Of a stretch of DNA of 64,000 nucleotides, positions 30,779-39,022 are shown piece after piece; positions within the stretch are counted from its first letter, which is position 1; the number at the start of each line of letters is the position of its first letter. The position numbers and the translations under genes are program-made. Source of the stretch: an uncultured Chloroflexia bacterium (lineage in GTDB: Bacteria; Chloroflexota; Limnocylindria; Limnocylindrales; CSP1-4); assembly GCA_963772565.1 (NCBI GenBank), contig CAVYXU010000076.1, forward strand, positions 10,417 through 74,416, read 5' to 3'. The notes beneath the pieces were generated by a model. That model searched no databases. It was not told where the DNA came from and was given only the letters and a program-made list of their open reading frames with translations.

Positions 30779-30790
30779 ATGGTCGGGTCG

Positions 30791-31900
30791 TCAGGCCGCG
30801 ACCGGCCTGCTGGTGAGCTGCCCCGTCGCCCAGACGAAGCCGGCGAGCTCACGGGCGACGGCGATCACGGTCTTGTTCTTGCCGATCCGCCCAACGAGGG
30901 AGCGGTACCGATGGTGGAGCCGGGCCTGGGCCCGCCGGTCGAGCTCGACGATCGCCGGCGGGACACCCCGCTGGCGAGCCCGGAGCGCGCTGCTCACGTT
31001 CGGCCGGTAGCGGGCGTTGTGGGCCGCCTGGCCCAGGACATGGCGGATGAGCCGGTTGCCGGTCTTGGTGATCCGGCCGCGGTGGCGCGACGTGCCGCTC
31101 GAGTACTCCGAGGGGACGAGACCGGTGTAGGCCATGAATGCCCGGGCGGTCGGGAACCGGCGCAGGTCGCCTGCCTCGGCGACGATCGTGACCGCCGTGA
31201 TGAAGCCGATGCCACGCAGCGCCTGGAGGGCGGCGAGGTACTCGCCGTGCGGGCTCTCCGCGGCACAGGCGACGAGGGCTGCCTCGAGCCGGCGCACGCG
31301 GTCCTTGCCGGCGCGCACGACCGACCAGTAGTCATCGAACACGACCTGGTCGGCCCGGTGGTCGAGGGTGAGCCGGTTGAGCCAGGCCTCGTGGGCGCGA
31401 CCCCATGCCTGCAACCCTGCCGGCGGGTGGATCCCGTGGCGCAGCAGGAACTTGGACAGCCGGTGCTTGGCGCGCAGGAGATCCTGCTTCGCGTCATCAC
31501 GATCGCGCACGAGATCGCGCAGCGCCTCGTGGGCCTCGTCGGGCACCCAGACGGGCGTGAGGTCGCCGCTGCGCAGCAGACGGGCGAGCTTGGCCGCGTC
31601 GCGGCGGTCGGTCTTGACCCGGTCGCCGGGCCTCGTGGGGATAAGCGAGGGGGCGACGACGATGCAGTCGATGCCCATCGCGGTCAGCTGGCGGTGGAGG
31701 GCGTACCCGGTTGGCCCGGCCTCGTAGGCGACGGACAGGTGGACGTCGGTCCCTCCGAGACGGTCGACGAGCTTGCGGATTGCTGATGGATCGTTGGCGA
31801 TCTGGCCATGGTCCTCGGGGTCGCCGAAGGCGTCAGCGACCGCCACCGCGATCGATGCCTTGTGGACGTCGAGCCCGACGAACCGGGTAGTCTTCTGCAT
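30791..31900 (-). CDS. IS110 family transposase (DEDD_Tnp_IS110 + Transposase_20 domains)
   Basis: MQKTTRFVGLDVHKASIAVAV...LSVAYEAGPTGYALHRQL...KTDRRDAAKLARLL...LQALRGIGFITAVTIVAEAGDLRRFPTARAFMAYTGLVPSEYSSG...GRITKTGNRLIRHVLGQAA. GGGAGG lies 8 nt upstream of the ATG at 31900. Confidence 0.9.
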   Translation of the reverse strand: MQKTTRFVGLDVHKASIAVAVADAFGDPEDHGQIANDPSAIRKLVDRLGGTDVHLSVAYEAGPTGYALHRQLTAMGIDCIVVAPSLIPTRPGDRVKTDRRDAAKLARLLRSGDLTPVWVPDEAHEALRDLVRDRDDAKQDLLRAKHRLSKFLLRHGIHPPAGLQAWGRAHEAWLNRLTLDHRADQVVFDDYWSVVRAGKDRVRRLEAALVACAAESPHGEYLAALQALRGIGFITAVTIVAEAGDLRRFPTARAFMAYTGLVPSEYSSGTSRHRGRITKTGNRLIRHVLGQAAHNARYRPNVSSALRARQRGVPPAIVELDRRAQARLHHRYRSLVGRIGKNKTVIAVARELAGFVWATGQLTSRPVAA

Positions 31901-32355
31901 TGGACCGGCCTCCCGCATGTGGCTCTGTGCGGACTCCGTCAACTGGCCCGCGCAATCCACGATGATGCGCGAGCGCCGGTCCTTCCATGTTGACTAGAGG
32001 CTCGCATCGACGACGAGACTGCGAACGACCGGCAGGACCTGGTCCGCGGCGTCCCTGGCGACTGTGACGGTCAGCGAGGTTTGACCCTGCGCGTCGAGCG
32101 AACGGCCTCCGGCATACGACCGTCGCGACGATGGAGGCGCCGCAACGGGCGTACTTCGCGTGCTAGACGACGGAGCGTGCTGGACTGGTATCTCGAGGTC
32201 GGGTTGCGCGCGCGGTCTGTACGACGCTGATGACCACCGTGTGACCTCCATGGGGCCGTAATGGCCCGGTGTGCCGGTGACCTGATCGAGATGGCAGTCA
32301 AACTGCGGCGGTTCGGCCCTGAGCCACCGATCGTGCGAGGGCGCATGATGAAGTC

Positions 32356-32655
32356 ATGACCAGCCTCCCGGATCGGCAACCGAGGACCCAGGATGGACGG
32401 CTGCTGGGTTGGATCTCTGGACTCGGCCTGCCCTTCGCCCCATGGGTCGTTGCCGGCATCATCAGCACGTTTACGCCGGATCCCGATGCGGCCTTTCCAT
32501 GGGGCTTCGCAGTTGGATTTGTCGCCACGGCGGCCTGGATCGGCTTCGCAAGCTGGCGCATTCCCGGATTCAGAAATGGCGGCCTGATGGGCGCGGCGAT
32601 GGCACTCGGGGTCGTCGCCATCCTGCTCGGCATTCTGTTCCTGATGCAGCCCTGA
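32356..32655 (+). CDS. Small hypothetical membrane protein (3 predicted TM segments)
   Basis: LLGWISGLGLPFAPWVVAGIISTF, FPWGFAVGFVATAAWIGFASW, LMGAAMALGVVAILLGILFLM. More A/T-ending codons than neighbouring genes. It lies between the IS and tRNA-Arg. Confidence 0.45.
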   Translation: MTSLPDRQPRTQDGRLLGWISGLGLPFAPWVVAGIISTFTPDPDAAFPWGFAVGFVATAAWIGFASWRIPGFRNGGLMGAAMALGVVAILLGILFLMQP

Positions 32656-32761
32656 GGCCCGGTCACCCGGCCTGGATGAGCATTCAGCCAAACTCGGCGT
32701 ACGCCTCTGTCAGCAAGTCCCGAACCTGCAGATCGGGATTGTCGGGCAGAGTGCGCTGCTA

Positions 32762-32837
32762 TGGCGCCCCCGGACGGATTCGAACCGCCGACGCCAGCCT
32801 TAGGACGGCTGCGCTCTATCCACTGAGCTACGGGGGC
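32762..32837 (-). tRNA. tRNA-Arg (anticodon CCT), CCA encoded
   Basis: Reverse complement GCCCCCGTAGCTCAGTGGATAGAGCGCAGCCGTCCTAAGGCTGGCGTCGGCGGTTCGAATCCGTCCGGGGGCGCCA. Acceptor GCCCCCG/CGGGGGC, anticodon stem CAGCC/GGCTG with loop GTCCTAA, T arm GGCGG-TTCGAAT-CCGTC. Confidence 0.9.
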
Positions 32838-32861
32838 GCGCACCGGCATCGTATCAGCGCA

Positions 32862-33260
32862 TCAGCTCAGGGCAGGAAGATCCGCGCGATTGCGCATGGC
32901 ATCGGCCGCCATCGTCACGTATTCGTGAAGCTGCTGCCGCGCGGCGGCGGGGGCATCCGACGCGTCGATCGCTGCCCGCATGTGCACGAGCCACTGGTCT
33001 CGTTCGAGCAGGCCGATCGAGAACGGCGAATGACGCGCGCGCAGCCGAGGATGCCCGCGCTCCTCGAGGTATGTCGTGGGCCCACCCCAGTACTGCACCA
33101 GGAACAGCGTGAGCCGGCGCCTCGCTTCCGTCAGATCCAACGGGTTCGGGTACAGCGCGAGGAGGACGGCATCGGCCTCGACGCCCTGGTAGAAATGGTC
33201 GACCAGGCGCTCGAAGTACGGCAGCCCGCCAACCTGGTCATAGAGCGACACCTCCGACAT
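32862..33260 (-). CDS. glbO: Group II truncated hemoglobin (trHbO-like globin)
   Basis: LYDQVGGLPYFERLVDHFYQGVEADAVLLALYP...LTLFLVQYWGGPTTYLEERGHPRLRARHSPFSIGLLERDQWLVHMRAAI. Confidence 0.85.
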   Translation of the reverse strand: MSEVSLYDQVGGLPYFERLVDHFYQGVEADAVLLALYPNPLDLTEARRRLTLFLVQYWGGPTTYLEERGHPRLRARHSPFSIGLLERDQWLVHMRAAIDASDAPAAARQQLHEYVTMAADAMRNRADLPALS

Positions 33261-33307
33261 GGCGGCGATGATACGGACGCGCGAGGTCGCCCGGAGGTCG
33301 TACCCGC

Positions 33308-33670
33308 ATGGGCCGGCGGAAGCAGCCTGCCGGACGCCGACCGGCCGATCGCGGCAGCCCGCCTACAATCGGTCCTGTGACGCCTCCCCTTCCCCCCCTC
33401 ATCCTGTACGGCCGTCCCGGGTGCCACCTGTGCGAGGACGCACGGTGGTTCCTCGACGCCCTGCTCGCCGATCGCGTCTCGCGCGGCCTGGCGGTACCGG
33501 CCCTCGAGGAGAAGAGCATCGACGGCGACGACGAGCTGCAGCAGAAGTACGCATTCACGATCCCGGTCGCGGTCCTCGGCGACCATGAGCTCGAGCTCGC
33601 CACGACGTCCGCCAAGCTGCGCCGGTTCCTGGCGCAGGCACTGGGCGAAGACGAGGTCCCCGTCGGATGA
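33308..33670 (+). CDS. Glutaredoxin-like protein (DUF836 / thioredoxin fold, CHLC active site)
   Basis: LILYGRPGCHLCEDARWFLD...YAFTIPVAVLGDHELE. GGAGG lies 10 nt upstream of the ATG at 33308. Confidence 0.75.
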   Translation: MGRRKQPAGRRPADRGSPPTIGPVTPPLPPLILYGRPGCHLCEDARWFLDALLADRVSRGLAVPALEEKSIDGDDELQQKYAFTIPVAVLGDHELELATTSAKLRRFLAQALGEDEVPVG

Positions 33671-34485
33671 CCGGCGACTACACGATCCTGGTGGCGTTCG
33701 CTGCGGGCCTGATCTCGTTCCTGTCCCCGTGCGTGCTGCCACTCGTTCCCGCGTACCTGGGGCAGCTCACGGCGGTGGCGGTGGCGGCGAACCAGGGCGA
33801 GACGCCGTCGCGCTGGGCGGCGATGCGTCACGCGGCGGCCTATGTCGCCGGCTTTGGCACCGTGTTCACGCTGATGGGCGTCACGGCCGCGTTCGCCGGC
33901 GGCGCGATTGCGGACTACATCCAGCCGCTGCGAGTGATCGGCGGGTTCGTGCTCGTGATCATGGGCATGAGCCTCGCCGGCCTCATCAACATCCCGATCC
34001 TCGAGCGTACGTGGCGGCCGCTCGATGCCGGTGCGTCGGCGGGGTTCACCTCGATGACGGGCGGAATGACGCTCGCGCCGGCCGGGGGCAGTCCGGACGG
34101 CGGCGCGGGTGGGCGGCTGGGCCGACGGCTCGTCGGTGGCCGCGCGGGGCTGCCGGCCGCGTTTGCGCTGGGGGCCATCTTCGCGATCGGCTGGACACCG
34201 TGCATCGGCGCGATCCTGGGCGGGATCCTGACGATGGCCGCGGTCTCCGACACCCAGCTCCAGGGCGCGCTGCTGCTGGTGAGCTACACCGCCGGACTCG
34301 GCATCCCGTTCCTGCTCATCGCCGCGTTCTACGACCGCGCGACACGCGTGACGCGGTTCCTGGTCCGCCACGGACGGGCGGTCTCGCTGATCGGCGGGCT
34401 CCTGGTCGTGGCCATCGGGCTCGCGATGATCTTCGACCTTCTCGTCCTGCTCCCGCGCTACTTCCAGTTCACCTCGTTCGTATGA
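33667..34485 (+). CDS. ccdA: Cytochrome c biogenesis / thiol-disulfide electron transporter CcdA (DsbD transmembrane-domain family)
   Basis: LVAFAAGLISFLSPCVLPLVPAYLGQL and ...IGWTPCIGAILGGIL (two conserved Cys). The ATG overlaps the upstream stop (ATGA). It contains a Gly/Ala-rich insertion of about 45 aa. Confidence 0.85.
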   Translation: MTGDYTILVAFAAGLISFLSPCVLPLVPAYLGQLTAVAVAANQGETPSRWAAMRHAAAYVAGFGTVFTLMGVTAAFAGGAIADYIQPLRVIGGFVLVIMGMSLAGLINIPILERTWRPLDAGASAGFTSMTGGMTLAPAGGSPDGGAGGRLGRRLVGGRAGLPAAFALGAIFAIGWTPCIGAILGGILTMAAVSDTQLQGALLLVSYTAGLGIPFLLIAAFYDRATRVTRFLVRHGRAVSLIGGLLVVAIGLAMIFDLLVLLPRYFQFTSFV

Positions 34486-35189
34486 CGGCGGCCCCGGAGC
34501 CGGACCCGCGCCTTGAGCCGCCCGAAACGGATCCGCGCCCAGATCCGCCCATCCCGCGTCGCGGGCTCGTCGGACCGTTCAGCGGCCGTCAGCTGCTGAC
34601 CGTCCTCCTGGTGGTCGTGCTCGCCGCGATCGGTCTGGCGCTCGCCACGCGCCCGATCGCAGCCGGCCCGGGCGGCGCGATCACCATCCCGGTGTCGACG
34701 CCGTTCCTCGTCGGCCCGGCGACGGAGGGCCTCCGACCCGGCGACCAGGCCCCCGAGCTCCAGGTCGACCGCGCGGACGGGACCTCCGTGGCGCTGACCG
34801 ATCTCGATGGCAAGCCTGTGAGGCTCGCCGACCTTCGCGGCCGCCTGGTGTGGCTCAACTTCTGGGCGACGTGGTGTCCGCCGTGCCAGGCCGAGACCCC
34901 GGTCCTGCGCGACATGGATGCCGCGTACCGAGATCGTGGGCTGTCGATCATCGGGGTCGCGGTCCAGGAGACGACTGTCGACGACGTGCGCGCCTACGCG
35001 CAGCGCTACGAGCTCGGCTACGACATCGCGTTCGACGCGTCGGCCGACATCTTCGGGCTGTACAAGGTGTTCGCCCTGCCAACCCAGTTCTTCATCGACC
35101 CCGACGGCCGGATCCTCGAGGTGATCAACGGGCCACTCACCGACGATGCGGCGAAGGCGCTCGTGGAGGCGTGGCTGCCGAAGGGCTGA
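34482..35189 (+). CDS. TlpA/ResA-family membrane-anchored thiol-disulfide oxidoreductase (redoxin)
   Basis: TM segment LLTVLLVVVLAAIGLAL, then LVWLNFWATWCPPCQAETPVL...FALPTQFFIDPDGRI. The ATG overlaps the ccdA stop (ATGA at 34482-34485). Confidence 0.85.
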   Translation: MTAAPEPDPRLEPPETDPRPDPPIPRRGLVGPFSGRQLLTVLLVVVLAAIGLALATRPIAAGPGGAITIPVSTPFLVGPATEGLRPGDQAPELQVDRADGTSVALTDLDGKPVRLADLRGRLVWLNFWATWCPPCQAETPVLRDMDAAYRDRGLSIIGVAVQETTVDDVRAYAQRYELGYDIAFDASADIFGLYKVFALPTQFFIDPDGRILEVINGPLTDDAAKALVEAWLPKG

Positions 35190-35497
35190 TCACGGGTCAG
35201 TGGCCGGCGCCTGTCGCGACCGTGCCCGCTGGCCCGGCTACCCGCCGCTCCTCGCCACGTGTCGCGCCGCAGACCCTCGTCTACTGTTTGCGTCAGGTAG
35301 TCCTGAGCCGCCTGCTCGCCACATCGATTCATCGCTCCCAGCACCCAGGCGGCTACCCGACCCAGACTCGGTCCGAATCGGCGGGCCGAGCAGCGAATTG
35401 GTTGACGAATAGTCGCTCGAGTGCTGGATGACGCGATTGCCGGCCGGGTCCGCGCAGAGGCCGCGCGGTCGGCCGCCATGGGCCCGCCGGCCCCCGA

Positions 35498-36469
35498 TCA
35501 GCGGCCGGAGGCGAACCTCACCAGCTCCGAGAGGTGCCCGAACGCCAACGCGACAACCGTATCGGCCGCGCCGTAATAGATCGCAACGCGGTCGGCATCC
35601 TGATCCACCAGGGCCGCGCACGGGAACACCACGTTCGGCACGTCGCCCACCTGCTCGTACGGCACCTGCGGGGAAAGCAGGTAGTCGCGGGGACGCCCGA
35701 TGATCCGCCACGGCTCGTCGAGGTCGAGCAGCGCCGCGCCCATCGAGTACACGAACCCGTTGCACGACGTCAGGACGCCGTGATAGATGAGCAGCCATCC
35801 CTCGGGCGTCTCGATCGGCGTCGGGCCCGCTCCAACCTTGGTCGACTGCCACGTCCAGGGCACGGTGCCCATGACGTGACGGTGGCGGCCCCAGTGGACG
35901 AGATCCGGACTCTCCGAGTAGAAGATGTCGCCGAACGGGGTGTGGCCGTTGTCGCTCGGCCGGCTCAGCATCGCGTACGCCCCGCCGATCCGCCGCGGGA
36001 ACAGGACCCCGTTGCGATTGAACGGCAGGAACGCGTTGTCGAGCTGGTGGAACGTCCGGAAGTCCCGGGTCCAGCCAACCCCGATGGTGGGCCCGTGGTA
36101 GCCGTTGCACCAGGTCACGTACCAGCGGTCCTCGAGCCATGTCACCCGTGGGTCGTATGCGTGGGTGAACGTCTCCTGGATGTCTGCGACGCGATCGTCC
36201 GCGGCCTCGAACACGATGGGCTGCGCGTCGATGTCCCAGCTGACGCCGTCGCGGCTACGGCCGGCATGGATGTTCATCGTCCGGGCGGCGTCGTCGATCC
36301 GGAACACGCCCGCGAACCCGTCCTCGAACGGGACGACCGCGGAGTTGAAGATGCTGTTCGAGCGCGGCAGCAGGTCGCGCGGGATGATCGGGTTGCGGGC
36401 GGAGCGCCAGACGACAGCGGGCGATCCTGCCGGCCGCTCCTCCCACGGGATGGGAGCGCCGCCGCTCAT
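35498..36469 (-). CDS. Glycoside hydrolase family 130 protein (beta-mannoside phosphorylase-type)
   Basis: [23 protein letters not shown]...[36 protein letters not shown]...[21 protein letters not shown]...GWLLIYHGV...[15 protein letters not shown]...VVFPCAAL. The ATG overlaps the GH1 stop (ATGA). Confidence 0.85.
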   Translation of the reverse strand: MSGGAPIPWEERPAGSPAVVWRSARNPIIPRDLLPRSNSIFNSAVVPFEDGFAGVFRIDDAARTMNIHAGRSRDGVSWDIDAQPIVFEAADDRVADIQETFTHAYDPRVTWLEDRWYVTWCNGYHGPTIGVGWTRDFRTFHQLDNAFLPFNRNGVLFPRRIGGAYAMLSRPSDNGHTPFGDIFYSESPDLVHWGRHRHVMGTVPWTWQSTKVGAGPTPIETPEGWLLIYHGVLTSCNGFVYSMGAALLDLDEPWRIIGRPRDYLLSPQVPYEQVGDVPNVVFPCAALVDQDADRVAIYYGAADTVVALAFGHLSELVRFASGR

Positions 36470-37794
36470 GCCGGAACCCGGGGCACGTCCGCGGCCAGCG
36501 ATCCCCAGTAGCGGCCGCTGTCCCTGATCGCTCGCTGCTGGGTCTCGAAGTTGACGTGGACGAGCCCGAACCGGTGTGCGTATCCGTCATGCCATTCGAA
36601 GTTGTCGAGCAGCGACCACGCGAAGTAACCCTTGAGCGGGATACCGGCTTCGATGGCTGCCCGGGCGGCCTCGACGTGGCGCTTGAGGTAGCTCACGCGG
36701 TCCGGGTCATGTCGCACGTCTGCGGGATCGTCCGCGTACGCCGCGCCGTTCTCCATCAGGTAGATGGGAAGGTCACCGGTCCGGGACGCGACGAACTGGA
36801 GAACCTCCGTGAGCCCCGCCGGGTCCACCTCCCAGCCCATCGACGTCCGCTCCGGATCGGCGTTCACGGCGGGGAGCGGCGGCAGCAGCGGCGAGCGCAC
36901 GGTCCGGCTCGTGTAGTAGTTGACGCCCAGCAGGTCGATCGGCGTCGCGATCAGGTCCATGTCTCCCGCCGCGACCTCCCGCCGGGACCAGTTGAACCAG
37001 CGGGCGGCGTCGTCCGGATAGTCCCGGCCCATGATCGGATCCAGGTACCAGCGGTTGAACTGTGCGTGCGCGATCGATGCGGCTTCCAGGTCGAGCATGT
37101 GGGTGCTCGCGGGGCGCCGAGGCTCGAAGTTGAGCACGATCCCCGCAGGCATCAACGGAGCGGCGGCACGAATTGCCTGGATCCCGAGCCCGTGCGCGAC
37201 CAGCAGGTGATGCGACGCGGCGAGCGCGGCTGCAGGCTCGGCGCGACCCGGCGCGTGGATGCCGAGCCCGTACCCGAGGTGGGCGCTGCACCAGGGCTCG
37301 TTGAGCGTCGTGATCGATGCCAGGCGATCCCCCAATCGGTTCGCGACAACCTCCGCGTAGCGCCCGAATGCCTCAGCCGTGGTCCTTGCCGGCCAGCCGC
37401 CCGCGTCCTCGAGCGTCTGTGGCAGGTCCCAGTGGTACAGCGTCGCGTGGGGGGCAATGCCTCGGGCGAGCAGCTCATCGGCGAGTCGTTCGTAGAAATC
37501 CAGGCCGGCCTCATTGACGGCCCCCGTGCCGTCCGGGATCACGCGCGACCATGAGATCGAGAACCTGTACGCGCTGAGTCCCATCTCGGCGATCAGCGCG
37601 ACATCCTGCGCGTAGCGGTGGTAGTGGTCGCAGGCGATGTCGCCCGTGTCGCCCGCGCGAATGCGACCCGGCGTGTGCGCAAACCGGTCCCAGATGCTCT
37701 CGCCGCGCCCGTCTGCCCGGACGGCTCCCTCGATCTGGTAGGCAGCCGTTGCAGCTCCCCATACAAACCCGGGCGGGAACTCCACCGTCCGCAC
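36466..37794 (-). CDS. GH1 beta-glucosidase / beta-glycosidase
   Basis: [19 protein letters not shown]...[10 protein letters not shown]...TLYHWDLPQ...TLNEPW...YLMENGAAY...[13 protein letters not shown] chose the GTG at 37794 with GGAGG about 8 nt upstream. The track start at 37962 runs through the promoter/operator region. Confidence 0.85.
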   Translation of the reverse strand: MRTVEFPPGFVWGAATAAYQIEGAVRADGRGESIWDRFAHTPGRIRAGDTGDIACDHYHRYAQDVALIAEMGLSAYRFSISWSRVIPDGTGAVNEAGLDFYERLADELLARGIAPHATLYHWDLPQTLEDAGGWPARTTAEAFGRYAEVVANRLGDRLASITTLNEPWCSAHLGYGLGIHAPGRAEPAAALAASHHLLVAHGLGIQAIRAAAPLMPAGIVLNFEPRRPASTHMLDLEAASIAHAQFNRWYLDPIMGRDYPDDAARWFNWSRREVAAGDMDLIATPIDLLGVNYYTSRTVRSPLLPPLPAVNADPERTSMGWEVDPAGLTEVLQFVASRTGDLPIYLMENGAAYADDPADVRHDPDRVSYLKRHVEAARAAIEAGIPLKGYFAWSLLDNFEWHDGYAHRFGLVHVNFETQQRAIRDSGRYWGSLAADVPRVPA

Positions 37795-37813
37795 GCTGGG
37801 GCCTCCTGGATAC

Positions 37814-37827
37814 TGAAAGCGCTTCCG
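37814..37827. promoter_or_regulatory. LacI-family operator O1 (TGAAAGCGCTTCCG) in the leader of the GH1-GH130 operon
   Basis: Near-palindrome matching the LacI/GalR-type consensus TGnAAnCGnTTnCA, 20 nt upstream of the GH1 start. A candidate minus-strand -10 (TACAAT) lies at 37854-37859. Confidence 0.6.
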
Positions 37828-37870
37828 GAATGTTGCGCGCCGAATTGTACAGCACGCACGTATTGCCGTG

Positions 37871-37913
37871 TTGACATTGCGAGTTGGATACGAATAGTAT
37901 GGAAGCGCTTCCA
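37871..37913 (+). promoter_or_regulatory. Sigma70-type promoter of the lacI-ABC operon with overlapping perfect LacI operator O2
   Basis: TTGACA (37871-37876), 17-nt spacer, ATAGTA(T) (37894-37900). The perfect 14-bp palindrome TGGAAGCGCTTCCA lies at 37900-37913. Confidence 0.6.
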
Positions 37914-37955
37914 ATTCGGCGTCCTCACGACACGTCTGCAGAGGGACGATCGCAC

Positions 37956-38963
37956 GTGGCACGGACCATCGACGAGCTTGCAGCCCTGAGCGGGGTCTCC
38001 CGCGCGACGGTTTCGCGCGTCATCAACGGAGGCAGCGTCTCGGACCGGACCCGGCGTCGCGTCGAGGCGATCCTCGTGGAGAACAACTACCGGCCCAACA
38101 TGGCGGCGCGGACGCTCGCCTCCGGACGGTCAGGCGTCGTCGGCGTCGTGATGCATATCGATCCCCACCTGCTGTTCACCGACGTCTACTTCGGGCAGCT
38201 CATGCAGGGCATGAGCGATGCGCTCGCGGACCGCGCGGCGGGAATGATGCTGTGGCTGGGCAACCGATCCAAAGAGGAGACGCTGGACAAGATCCTGTCG
38301 CTCAGCCTCCTGGATGGTGTCATCGTCACCGCGCACGCGCTCGATGATCCCCTCGTCGACGGGCTCCTCGCGAGCGACCTCCCGACCGTCCTCATCGGCC
38401 ATCGAAGCGCGGATCAGACGGCCAGCTACGTCGATATCGACAACGTCCATGCTGCGGACCTCGTGACGAGCCACCTCGTCGAGCTCGGGCGGCGCCGGAT
38501 CGGACATATCGCCGGAACGTCGCGCACGATCGCAGGCGAGGACCGGCTCACCGGCTACACGCGGGCGATGGCGCGCGCGAAGCTCCCGGTCGACGGCCTG
38601 ATCGCCATGGGCGACTTCAACCCTGAATCCGGTGCGGCAGCGGCGGAAATGCTGCTCGACGCCGGGGCGGACGCGATCTTCTGCGCCAATGACTCGACCG
38701 CCCAGGGTGCCCTGACCGCGATCCGGGCACGAGGGCTGCGAGTGCCCGAGGACGTGGCGCTCGCCGGATTCGACGATCTCGAGTTTGCCGCCCACCTCGA
38801 GCCGCCGCTCACGACCGTTCGCCAGGGCGTTCGCGAGCATGGGGCCCAGGCCGTCACAAGCCTGGTCCAGCTGATCGCAGACCGCGATGCACCGCGCCGC
38901 GTGATCCTGCCGACCGAGCTGGTCATTCGCCAATCGACGGTGGGAGGTGTGGTGCGGGGCTGA
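37956..38963 (+). CDS. LacI family transcriptional regulator
   Basis: VARTIDELAALSGVSRATVSRVINGGSVSDRTRRRVEAILVENNYRPNMAARTLASGRS (HTH_LacI) plus a periplasmic-binding-like core. I prefer the GTG at 37956 because the ATGs at 37884 and 37899 lie upstream of, or inside, the predicted promoter/operator. Confidence 0.8.
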   Translation: MARTIDELAALSGVSRATVSRVINGGSVSDRTRRRVEAILVENNYRPNMAARTLASGRSGVVGVVMHIDPHLLFTDVYFGQLMQGMSDALADRAAGMMLWLGNRSKEETLDKILSLSLLDGVIVTAHALDDPLVDGLLASDLPTVLIGHRSADQTASYVDIDNVHAADLVTSHLVELGRRRIGHIAGTSRTIAGEDRLTGYTRAMARAKLPVDGLIAMGDFNPESGAAAAEMLLDAGADAIFCANDSTAQGALTAIRARGLRVPEDVALAGFDDLEFAAHLEPPLTTVRQGVREHGAQAVTSLVQLIADRDAPRRVILPTELVIRQSTVGGVVRG

Positions 38964-39022
38964 GGCAGGTTGTGGCCTCCACGTCAGTGAGAGGCCGTCA
39001 GAGATCCATGGAGGAGGTACAC

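Larger units (their letters stand above)
30584..32092 (-). mobile_element. IS110-family insertion sequence (tentative ends; ~1.5 kb)
   Basis: It carries the DEDD-type transposase CDS at 30791-31900. There is a tentative 9-bp terminal inverted repeat, GCGCAGGGT at 30584-30592 and ACCCTGCGC at 32084-32092. The resulting 1509-bp size fits IS110-family elements. Local GC is lower than in the surroundings. Confidence 0.45.

Noticed and set aside
31994-32251. 85-aa minus-strand ORF upstream of the transposase.
   Set aside because: No motif, no RBS, and low-complexity composition. It spans the tentative IS end. It might be a remnant of the disrupted target, but I cannot support that.
32298-32849. 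183-aa ORF on the minus strand; likewise ORFs 16..303 and 66..299.
   Set aside because: They run straight through the tRNA-Arg and tRNA-Val genes and have junk composition.
35190-35497. 308-bp convergent spacer after the TlpA-like gene, considered as a gene remnant or sRNA.
   Set aside because: I could find no convincing ORF, repeat or terminator-like structure by eye. It is left unannotated.
37884-37955. ATG starts at 37884 and 37899 for the LacI regulator.
   Set aside because: They lie inside or upstream of the predicted -10 element and operator O2. The GTG at 37956 directly precedes the HTH and has an AGAGGGA RBS-like element.
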